A stretch of 64,000 nt of DNA from Epithemia pelagica (Eukaryota; Protista; Bacillariophyta). The position numbers and the translations under genes are program-made. Location of the stretch: the NCBI GenBank assembly GCA_946965045.2, contig OX337231.1:3100001-3164000 (forward strand), in the 5' to 3' direction. Below, in pieces: positions 32,701 through 41,106 of this stretch. Position 1 is the first letter of the stretch; each line of letters starts with the position of its first letter. The notes under the pieces are model-generated. The model worked only from the letters and a program-made list of their open reading frames with translations, was not told the DNA's origin and made no database searches.

Positions 32701-35700
32701 GGAAATGCGTAGAAGTCCACTACACCCCATTCAGGTTCGGACACGTGACCCCTTCGCCGGTCCGTCGCGATTTTGATGATCGGCTGGCGCGCGAGTCGGA
32801 CGAGACACCTACGGCAGAAACTTCTGCGTGGTTGCACCTTTTCTTAGTTGCACTCGCCCACCTTGTCCTTGTCCTACCTGTGATCCAGTGGCTCTACCCT
32901 ACCGCTTCACCCTCTACGGGAGCTGACACCTATTACAATGAAGGAAAGACTACAATTTACATCGGTCTAAGTCATTTTCTAACAGGAATCTACGACTTAT
33001 ATACAGGTCTATGGTTCTTACTGCTCTCATACGTGACTCATCCATCCTTCATGCCTGCCATCATCACTTGGCTCTCATGTTGGATTGTTGTTTTGGTGGT
33101 CATTCGGCGCGTCTCTTCTCGCTATCCTGACTCACCATGGTTCGGACACCACCCCAACTACCATGTCAACCGATTCAAGTACCAACTCGCTCGCATCCAC
33201 ACCCGCAATCCAATCCGCTCAAAGCCACGATCTCTTCCACCTCCAAGTTTGATTGTTGGATTTTGTTTCTCCGCTTTGAGGTTGATTGTTGTGTTGGTTT
33301 GCAGATTGTTGGGATTGTCAGCATCCACCGAGACGGGTGGCCCTCTGGGTTTCCGAGGCCATGTCACTCCGCTGCGAGGGAGAAACAGGAACACGACGAA
33401 CAACAGGCACGTTTACTCCGGATCAAGCCGGCACAACCGCAAGCGCCGCCGTGTACCCAACCGACCGCCGAGCGCCATGACCTCCACACCATCGACCAAC
33501 CGCCGCAGGATGCCGACGAGTCACCGCTGCAAAAATCGGCGCAGCACCTCTTGCTTCCAGCCGTCGACCTCCGCCGAACCGACTATCAACCTGACAGGCA
33601 ACACCCGTCAGAGATCGAATACTAGAAACAGCAGCAACTTTTGCTGCAATTTAAGCAACGTACCGTTTCCTCAAGTACCCAACTTCTACCCTGCATCGCC
33701 ACTCAACCAGAACAAATTCATGGGAATGGCCATGCTCTTGCAGGAACCACCACGTTGCCACCACTCAACCACCGAGTTGAACCATCATCCTTGGGAACAT
33801 ATCACCCAACAAGCCTTGAGAGCAGCACTCCAGGATCCATCGAAACTTCGCTCTTCTATGCCTTCACACGCCTCTTATCCAATTATCTGGGACTCTGGGG
33901 CCAGTGTCTGCATTACCAACGACGAGAAAGATTTTGTGGGACCGATTCGCTCTTTGCCAAGTCTTCAAGTAAAGGGCATCGCCAACCGGATGAAAGCTAC
34001 TGCCCGTGGAACAGTTGTTTGGACGATCCTGGACACCAATGGTATGCCCCGATCGCTCAAACTCCCTGCGTTCCTAGTACCAAAAACATCGGTTAGACTT
34101 TTGTCGACGCAATCGTTACTTCAAACATACTTCGGCGAGAAAATAATTCAAGACGGTTACACACTTACCTTAACCGGTATTCCAGGAGATGAATCCCGCC
34201 GAGAAGTCACCGTCATGGTGAATCCCAGCAACAATCTGCCCATGTCGTTTGGGTACGACAAGCAGAACATGATGACTGGCTCGGTAGCTCTCAACACAAC
34301 AGTGAACGAAGTATCACAACACAATGAAAATCTTACCGCTCCTCAAAAGGAATTACTCAAATGGCATTACAGACTTGGACATCTTAACTTTCGCAAGGTA
34401 CAGTTCTTGATGCGCACTGGTATCCTTGCAACAACAGAAAAGACTCGTCGCTTACACTCACAAGCTGCATCTCTTTTGCAAGACTTACCATTATGCGCAG
34501 CATGCCAATTTGGGAAACAACGTCGTCGCACCGAACCCGGTTCGACAACAACCATTGTCAAGGATCGACGAGGAGTCACCAAAGATGGCAACCTCCATCC
34601 TGGACAATGTATCTCAGTAGATCATTTTGTGTGCTCCACAAAAGGACGAAGATTTGACTCTCGGGGGAAGTCAAAAGTTGACAACCTTTATGTGGGCGGC
34701 GCGATCTTTGTCGATCACGCCTCGGGGTATACATGGATAGGATTTCAATCACACCTTAACACTCATGAAACGCTTAGTGTTAAAGGATCCTTTGAGCTAT
34801 TTTGTAGAGAAGTGGGTGTAGTTCCTCTCAAATACCTAACGGACAACGGAGCTGCTTTCACCTCAAAATCCTACTCCCAATCGCTTGAGAACTTTGCTCA
34901 AATTTCGCGGTTCGCAGGAGTCGGGGCACATCATCATGCCGGAATAGCTGAAAGGGCAATACAAACAATTATGTCGATTGCACGCACCATGATGTTACAC
35001 TCTGCCATACAGTGGCCAGAATTGGCCGATCCGGCGCTCTGGCCCATGGCCGTTTCACATGCCGTTTTCTTACACAACCATGTACCCAATACTGAGACTG
35101 GTATAAGCCCCCATGATATTTTCACACGTGTCCGATGGGAACAACGAAAATTTCATGATCTCCACGTGTGGGGCTGTCCGGTCTATGTTCTGCACAAAAC
35201 TATTGCAGACGGGAAGAAGCTACCCCGCTGGAAGCCAAAATCTATTCGCTGCCAACTTATGGGGTTAAGTACGCGACATGCCAGTACTGTTCCATTAGTC
35301 TTAAATCCTCAAACTGGCTATATTACGCCCCAGTTCCATGTAGTGTTCGACGATTGGTTCAGCACTATTGCCATGTCTGTCGACCAGCTTCCGGACTTTG
35401 CATCCGAACCTTGGTATCGGCTGTTCGGAGATTCTGCATATCAATATATCACTGATGATTCATCCGAAACGGACGATCTAGACTCCCCTACTAGTATTGA
35501 TGAAGCTACCCAAACTACGTATCTTCGACGTCAATCAGATGTCGCACAACGAATTGCTACTCGCCAACCATATCTTCCGTTGACGTCATCATCTACACCT
35601 AACACACGTCCACTCCCAGTGCCACTCTCCGCTTCTTTACCAACTCCCAGTGAGGATCCCACTCCAACTCCATTGACCACATCGTTGGAGTCACCTCCTC

Positions 35701-37649
35701 AGAGGGAGACAACTAACCAGACACCTCAAAGACAGGTGTCCGTATCATCAGGAGTTGAATCTACAGCTCCGAGTACCCCTCGTTCGCCTTCTCCCCATCT
35801 GTCACCCCACAAGGTTACCATTTCTCCGAGGGAGTCGCCGTCTCAGAGGGAGTCCCCTCTTCACAACTCTTCTCCTTCTCCAGCTAGATTACCACCGCGA
35901 CCGCCTCCACGTGCAGTCCAACCGACGATCCTTCCAACTAGGAGATCTGCTAGGACTATTAAACGACCTACCCGCTTAGTTGAAGAAGGAAATCTAGCAA
36001 ACCTCCCTTCTCTAATGCCACCATCTCATGAGCCTAGTGACCTTTTAACAGTTCACAAAGCTTCTCTCTCTGATCCCGACACCCTCTCTTACGATGAGGC
36101 TATGCGAGATACAGACATAGAGAAATGGAAAGCGGCAGCTAGCAAGGAAATAACCGAACTAGAGGAGAAAGGAACTTGGGAAGAAGTCCCTCAATCCCAG
36201 GCTAATACACGAATTTTACCTGGGACATGGGTATTCAAACGCAAGCGATCTCCAGACGGAGATATTATCAAGCATAAGGCTCGATATTGTGTTAGAGGAG
36301 ACCTACAAGAAACGGAACAAGAGAACTATAGTCCAGTGGTTCACTGGAGTACTATCCGTATTGTCCTCACCCTTAGTTTAATCTTGGGTTGGGAACTTGC
36401 GTGTATCGATTTCAACAACGCATTTGTACAGGCTACCTTAGATGAACCTGTATGGATTCATCTACCTAGAGGATTTCGATCTAGTAAGCCCGGAACGACC
36501 TGCCTAAGACTCATCAAAAGTCTATATGGCCTGTCTTCTGCACCTAGATTGTGGTATATCCATCTAGTACAAGCGCTTAAGGAAGACGGTTTCAAATCAA
36601 GTAAGCATGACGAATGTCTTCTTTATAAGTCCAACATCATCATTTTTCTATGGGTTGACGACTGTGGCGTTTGTGCCCCTGATATGAAACTTATTGATGA
36701 TTTAATCGAACGACTACAGAAGAAAGGCCTATCACTTAAGAAAGAAGGCAATTTCACCGACTATTTGGGCATCAACTTTATTCGAAATGAGAATAAGTCT
36801 ATTACTATGACCCAGAAGGGGTTAATTGCCAAGATAATAAATGCCACGGGACTACACGACTGCAATCCGAATTGGACCCCAGCGACTCAGCTAGGTCTCG
36901 GCAGCGATCCCGATGGTGAGCCCATGAAAGAAAGCTGGCATTATAGCTCCATAGTCGGAATGCTACTCTATTTATCCACGAATACCAGACCTGATATAGC
37001 CTTCGCAGTTAGTCAAGTCGCTAGATTCAGTTCAGCACCTAAAAAGTCACATGCAACAGCCATCAAGACCATTGTTCGTTATCTATCAAGAACCAAGGAC
37101 AAAGGTACAATCTTTACTCCAACTAAAGATTTCAAGCTAGACTGCTATGTAGACGCAGATTTTGCGGGACTCCATGGTCGTGAACCACAGGATAACCCGG
37201 TTAGTGCCAAGTCACGAACGGGATACATCCTAACCTTCTGTGGATGTCCTCTAATTTGGAGATCGCAACTTCAATCTTCAGTAGCTCTAAGCACACTTCA
37301 AGCGGAATATCATGCTTTGTCTCAAGCAATGCGTAGTGTTATTGCAACAAGACGAGTCATTGAAGAGCTTCTAGAGAACCTAGAACTCCCATTTGAAAAG
37401 CCAACTATATTCTCTGAAGTCTTTGAAGACAACAGTGGAGCTTTCCACCTAGCTACCAAGCAACGCCTTACACCCCGGACAAAACATTTTAATACTTACC
37501 TACATTTCTTCTGGGAACATGTCGGTGATCATCCCGGAGGAGTAAAGGTCAGTATGGTAGGCACCAATGATCAAAAGGCAGACTATCTCACCAAGTGCCA
37601 AAATCGAGAGCTCTTTGAGCGCTGCCGCAAATTAAATCAAGGTTGGTAA
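29775..37649 (+). CDS. Copia Gag-Pol polyprotein, 2624 aa
   Basis: Gag with WTGGKPKPDW and knuckle WCGKCTNWNPTHKTSEH; PR IIWDSGAS; IN WHYRLGH...CAACQFGK, SVDH / TDNG / AERAIQ; RT KARYCVRGD, LYGLSSAP, WVDD; RNase H YVDADFAG, AEY, EDNSGA, KADYLTK. Confidence 0.97.
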   Translation: MSGEDSPQQDTDVFMPDRPRMGGLVQSSKDTYVPWTGGKPKPDWKGLDDKAKDHPVRSLQLRTFTDKRYLDRVTGPVEKFDKKKGDFTRLQDELVRHFTKHGMDTIMYLLDPLSKSSMLNIVTEHPRFTHTKVHEAMKQQVSKYDKYDANNDAAAQDYLLDSLDKTFRREVEDQSRDVASFPELFMIIVRIITDDSIEHWEIVKSEMRSLDPHNYAGHDITALTTDFAAKARSLTAAGLYDHTLTASLLTNILKAEWPPTPKFSLLLLNKSVQDSVDHIRFLDRAAADQYMTTNKLLYTHVIEEANSKYWVSVKRGEWSAKSTHRDSKAPPTSYGANNATVSKKGKQTKSIQANALVQQMNTPGNKKTYVREKGKNNNKNNKNKNNNNFTKRTSSSDSNWRRIPPKEGEPEMRMVDGKPMYWCGKCTNWNPTHKTSEHIVGFKSNKSSSKQHQANKLEMEPAAWAAYIEKHGFDDANTYEMVNKEHSWLFDYDDFEANCVCVKCPPNMDDAKTDVDCSETDDEYNLCAYNLVVNLTQTVDTEEEMDDGSSTSSSLFSSTTLNLVTPDRITSAALEQEEKDSETTTSDMQDSSSCNTTSTINTTEPTSTPIEPDFGNEPKYFNKWEELGPSLSALDSEAVKFSDLETQRFLEGLYDKEIQAAAAVNESYESMDQDTKDTSMANNDTYRTPEASMDLSVDDMNAPLKMLQQGRPPSLEKKLPAISPILPQPPLPPRPSAPFALAHQAPSPPPQLPPRRKLTMQQPIARYSSEQFVLEAEQAKRDGMRYERAAKTVFANAWREPKLTVAEAYQRVKEEEWAMGYYVDGTLIPNHPRPEHSFPGMSPIPPGPMMPCSNIQSMDTSSTSHRFTPASTQLRTHRESSADSLSSTSFTPNNTLGEKYVPTDADTASSGGDSAKTVPLTKYFANMAWVDDCSKNETQNFWIKNNESEGGPQDRQNVPIDTMEETVSSDEDSLVGKCVEVHYTPFRFGHVTPSPVRRDFDDRLARESDETPTAETSAWLHLFLVALAHLVLVLPVIQWLYPTASPSTGADTYYNEGKTTIYIGLSHFLTGIYDLYTGLWFLLLSYVTHPSFMPAIITWLSCWIVVLVVIRRVSSRYPDSPWFGHHPNYHVNRFKYQLARIHTRNPIRSKPRSLPPPSLIVGFCFSALRLIVVLVCRLLGLSASTETGGPLGFRGHVTPLRGRNRNTTNNRHVYSGSSRHNRKRRRVPNRPPSAMTSTPSTNRRRMPTSHRCKNRRSTSCFQPSTSAEPTINLTGNTRQRSNTRNSSNFCCNLSNVPFPQVPNFYPASPLNQNKFMGMAMLLQEPPRCHHSTTELNHHPWEHITQQALRAALQDPSKLRSSMPSHASYPIIWDSGASVCITNDEKDFVGPIRSLPSLQVKGIANRMKATARGTVVWTILDTNGMPRSLKLPAFLVPKTSVRLLSTQSLLQTYFGEKIIQDGYTLTLTGIPGDESRREVTVMVNPSNNLPMSFGYDKQNMMTGSVALNTTVNEVSQHNENLTAPQKELLKWHYRLGHLNFRKVQFLMRTGILATTEKTRRLHSQAASLLQDLPLCAACQFGKQRRRTEPGSTTTIVKDRRGVTKDGNLHPGQCISVDHFVCSTKGRRFDSRGKSKVDNLYVGGAIFVDHASGYTWIGFQSHLNTHETLSVKGSFELFCREVGVVPLKYLTDNGAAFTSKSYSQSLENFAQISRFAGVGAHHHAGIAERAIQTIMSIARTMMLHSAIQWPELADPALWPMAVSHAVFLHNHVPNTETGISPHDIFTRVRWEQRKFHDLHVWGCPVYVLHKTIADGKKLPRWKPKSIRCQLMGLSTRHASTVPLVLNPQTGYITPQFHVVFDDWFSTIAMSVDQLPDFASEPWYRLFGDSAYQYITDDSSETDDLDSPTSIDEATQTTYLRRQSDVAQRIATRQPYLPLTSSSTPNTRPLPVPLSASLPTPSEDPTPTPLTTSLESPPQRETTNQTPQRQVSVSSGVESTAPSTPRSPSPHLSPHKVTISPRESPSQRESPLHNSSPSPARLPPRPPPRAVQPTILPTRRSARTIKRPTRLVEEGNLANLPSLMPPSHEPSDLLTVHKASLSDPDTLSYDEAMRDTDIEKWKAAASKEITELEEKGTWEEVPQSQANTRILPGTWVFKRKRSPDGDIIKHKARYCVRGDLQETEQENYSPVVHWSTIRIVLTLSLILGWELACIDFNNAFVQATLDEPVWIHLPRGFRSSKPGTTCLRLIKSLYGLSSAPRLWYIHLVQALKEDGFKSSKHDECLLYKSNIIIFLWVDDCGVCAPDMKLIDDLIERLQKKGLSLKKEGNFTDYLGINFIRNENKSITMTQKGLIAKIINATGLHDCNPNWTPATQLGLGSDPDGEPMKESWHYSSIVGMLLYLSTNTRPDIAFAVSQVARFSSAPKKSHATAIKTIVRYLSRTKDKGTIFTPTKDFKLDCYVDADFAGLHGREPQDNPVSAKSRTGYILTFCGCPLIWRSQLQSSVALSTLQAEYHALSQAMRSVIATRRVIEELLENLELPFEKPTIFSEVFEDNSGAFHLATKQRLTPRTKHFNTYLHFFWEHVGDHPGGVKVSMVGTNDQKADYLTKCQNRELFERCRKLNQGW

Positions 37650-37692
37650 GCTGACATCATACCACGTCGTGATTCTCCACCGATCACTCCAT

Positions 37693-37702
37693 GAGAGGGA
37701 GA
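37693..37702 (+). promoter_or_regulatory. Polypurine tract GAGAGGGAGA
   Basis: Purine run immediately 5' of the 3' LTR. Confidence 0.85.
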
Positions 37703-38434
37703 GTTATAGAATACCGCTCTCGACTCTCTAGACATTAGACTATTTCCTCTAGCTATATGCGTGACGTGCGGTCAGACGTGCCACATGCCGATCAGAAGCA
37801 GGCGTTGCACCTCAACGCACGTCAATTGAACCTCAACGCATCGAGCAGCTGCTTTAGAGTACTGATCGCGCTGCTCGCCAAAACTAAGGAACTTTACGTG
37901 ACTTACGCCCTACTATATTATTTACATAAAAACTTGCCAGACCGCGAGCCCACTATACAGCCGTATATATTTGCATGTCGGGCGAGCCACCGGATACCGA
38001 ATGTTCCTCTCAATATTGAGAAAACAAATGGATCTCAGGCAGGCCATCCGGCCACCTGAAGAGTGTCAAAGGTAAGTCCATCGAGTAAAGATCCAAAACA
38101 AGATACAATAGGAGAGGTGAGATCTCCCACTAGTGCACAGAACAAAAAGAACTGCTCTATGGAACAAATAGAACAAGTTCCATACCTAGAGGATCGAGGA
38201 GATCAAACCTGCTCCAAAATCACTTTTTCATCTTAGAATAAGCTCACTCTTTTTATAAACCGAAAGTTTGTAACCAAACTGTTTGTGAAAGAGAGTCGAC
38301 CTAGTTGCTGATTCGAAGGTGAGGGCCCCATCGTCGTTTCACCGCAGTAGGTTGGCTACCCGAGCTATATTGACTACCTCACCTATATCTAACACGTGTC
38401 TTTACCAACACCTAGATATCTGTTTACATTAAGT
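37703..38434 (+). repeat. 3' LTR (732 bp)
   Basis: Matches the 5' LTR. Confidence 0.95.
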
Positions 38435-38552
38435 GTCGGAATGAGATATGCCTGGCGAATAAACAGGCACAGAGAGATGGGGTGTTTTAACGAAATTACA
38501 GCCTCAAAAACACCCCCGCTAGGGGGGGATCGATACACGATCCCCGAACATA

Positions 38553-39293
38553 TACCCCCTAGCGGGGGTGGCTTATAGGGTGTAATTTCTCTGAGCCACC
38601 CCCATACCTATTTGCCAAAAATAACCTGTTTCCAGTCGGCCGGCATAACTCATTTCCTCCACCACGATAACAACACGGGCCATGGTGTTGCACAGGTTGT
38701 TGTGCACCTATTTGGACTCGTGAAACCTGTCTTCCTAGTCAAAGACCTCAAACCAATAGTGCAGAATGCATCGGCATCACCAAAATTTAAAGGTTTAGGC
38801 TATTATGCATCAGACTCATAGGCGCCATGCCTCGTGGCACAGGTACGGAAGCGACGTCTTGCCATTTCGAACGAAGCAACTCAAATGGACTATATGGCTC
38901 TTATCTTGCATTGTTTGGACACCTATTGGTACACAATACACATCACAGTAGTAGTAACACAGTGTATTGATAGCAAAACAGCAACTCTAATGTATGTTCA
39001 CGCCATCATGGTCTCCTATTGTGCCGTATTACAGCGTCACTGTATTGGTCATTTCCTCGAATGGCCCGCATGCACTATGCCCCTCACAATGCACTGCCAT
39101 GGTACCGATATGAAGCATGTGATGGTCGGATCATGATGGGGTGGCCGTAGGAGGTCACCAGCAACGACAAAGTTTGATTGTCGTGTTGTTATCGCGGTGG
39201 AAGGAATGAGATGCCGGCCGACTGGAGCCAGGAAAAAGGTATGGGGGTGGTTCACAGAAACTACAACCTGAAAACCATCCCCGCTAGGGGGTA
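38553..39293 (+). mobile_element. Non-autonomous Mutator-like element (MITE), copy 1, 741 bp
   Basis: Ends TACCCCCTAGCGGGG...CCCCGCTAGGGGGTA; imperfect TIRs of about 115-125 bp; 9-bp flanking duplication CCCGAACAT (38543-38551 and 39294-39302). Confidence 0.88.
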
Positions 39294-39345
39294 CCCGAAC
39301 ATCGCACACCCTGTTAAACACTTCTCTAAAAATACATTCAGAACG

Positions 39346-40848
39346 ATGAGCTTCAGCTTTGTCGGAAACGATGGCATTTTCACTCCCTCCTCCAGACCAG
39401 AAAGCAACAACCAGTTCTTATTTCGGCGTGAAGGCAATCAATTATTGACCAATAATATCGCAACCAACGCTGATAGAGTAATTACACTGCAAGGAGCAAC
39501 AGCTGGGACGTCACAAGTGGCAGCAGAGCCAAGAGTTCCACCTGTTGCGAGGAGATCCGATAATCAAGGGTGTGATGCCCACAATGACTTATCTCAACTG
39601 CCGGTGTTACGAGAAAGGGTTCGGACATACGTAAACCATGTAGTCCGCACCATGTTGCCTTTTCATCAATCGCAAGCCTATTTGCAAGCGTTAGCCAAGG
39701 ACCCCGAGTTGATACGGATTGAAACAGATCCACTTCAGTTTGTAAGATTTTGCAATTTCGATTTGTGGGCTGGGGCCCAGCGATTGTGTAGGTATTGGAC
39801 AGAACGTCTTAAATTGTTTGGACCCCAGCGTGCCTTCTTGCCACTTACGTTGACTGGAACGGGTGCCTTGACGCCGGAAGATGTTGTTTCGATCCAAGCT
39901 GGTTACCCTGCTATACTACCGGATACATCTAACGGTCAAAAATGTATATGGATAGACCGACGAAATTGGATACCCACCGCTTCATTCGAAAGTCGCCTAC
40001 GATCGTGGTTCTTCATCCACCGTGTCTTAGCGGAAGACGATCGCACTCACAAACCAGGCGATAATGTATTATTTCTAATTGTGGCAGTGACACCTCGTCG
40101 TGACAATGTTGAATGGGAATTTGTGGAACGACTAACAGCTCTTGGAGCGCATTGCTTTCCTGACAAACCTAGAGTACATTTCCTTTGTATTCCCAATCAA
40201 AAACGATATGCCATGGCTGCTCAAGTGGTCCAAGGGGGAATGAGCCTTTTCCGGAAGCTCTTTGCCGATGGTATCGAAATTTCTACACACGTACATGTAC
40301 AGAACGACGACCATCCCATTTACGAAGATTTAGTTGGCTTGGGGTTAACTGCGCACGGAATCCCAGTTTTGTTCGGTGGGGAGTGGAAACTTGATGATTG
40401 GACAGACTGGTGTCTTGACCGTATGAAATGGGAACGTGACCACTACAAGGACAGACTGTTGAAACAAGCGCCTATCATAAATGATGATTGTACTTCCAGT
40501 GAAACTAGCGCAAAGATGAACCAGAATCCGAGTGCTGCTGGGGAACGGAGAAACAGAGAGGAATCTGAACCAGCAACAACAACCACTGTTGATAACCCTG
40601 GCAAACATCCGCTAAAACCAGAGGCACAAAAGCGACGCAAAAGGAGTGCGAAACGAAAACTAGCAGATCTAATGTTTTCACGGCGTAAGAGAGAGCGAGA
40701 AAGACAAGAGATACTCATGCTCCAATAGGAAACGGACCATTTGGCACAAGAGAAGAAACGGTTATTGTCCGAACAGGCACACCTACAAAGCCTTCTTGAC
40801 CAAGCATCCCAAATGATTGGAGAGAGTTCGGCAACATCTCCGAAATGA
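39346..40848 (+). CDS. Diatom-type CRAL-TRIO-like protein with C-terminal bZIP-like region; in-frame TAG at 40726-40728 interrupts the bZIP
   Basis: DPLQFVRFCNFDLWAGAQRLCRYWTERLKLFG..RAFLPLTLTG; basic region RKRSAKRKLADLMFSRRKRERER; the frame stays open for 39 codons after the TAG with zipper-like heptads, ending at TGA 40846-40848. Confidence 0.7.
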
Positions 40849-41106
40849 AGCCTTTTACCGCGTAGCTCCGTACAGTGACTGGCAGTCGCTTTCGTGTGAC
40901 CATTGAGGCCTCAAATCTCTGCTTCTCTGGGCTTCTGTGTTCCATTTTGGGTTCTTTGTAGCCAACATCAAGATCCAGCTGATGATCCAATTTTCGAATC
41001 ACGGGGAAACGAGTACCGTTGAGCGAATCCTTACAGGATGACAGGCGACCAGGAAGCACAAGGGTAAACAGAATGCGTGCTATCGACAAGTTTGCATCTT
41101 GTTTTG

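Larger units (their letters stand above)
28624..38434 (+). mobile_element. Full-length Ty1/copia LTR retrotransposon (CoDi-like), 9.8 kb, apparently intact
   Basis: Two 732-bp LTRs, PBS, PPT, a single gag-pol ORF in PR-IN-RT-RH order, and flanking direct repeat GTCGGA at 28618-28623 and 38435-38440. Confidence 0.97.
28595..38528 (+). mobile_element. Right terminal inverted repeat of an older Mutator-like element, split by the copia insertion (pieces 28595-28623 and 38441-38528)
   Basis: Joining the flanks gives TGTTGTTATCGCG..ATGGTCGGAATGAGATATGCC...CACCCCCGCTAGGGGG, colinear with the MITE right TIR (TGTTGTTATCGCGGTGGAAGGAATGAGATATGCC...CATCCCCGCTAGGGGG). Confidence 0.75.

Noticed and set aside
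38551-38554. TA dinucleotides at the MITE ends suggesting Tc1/mariner
   Set aside because: Longer 9-10-bp flanking duplications and ~120-bp TIRs fit Mutator better, so the TA is read as part of the TIR.
38834-39136. 100-aa ORF inside the MITE (also 59071-59373)
   Set aside because: Between the two copies I count 5 non-synonymous and 1 synonymous change, as expected for neutral DNA; no transposase motifs.
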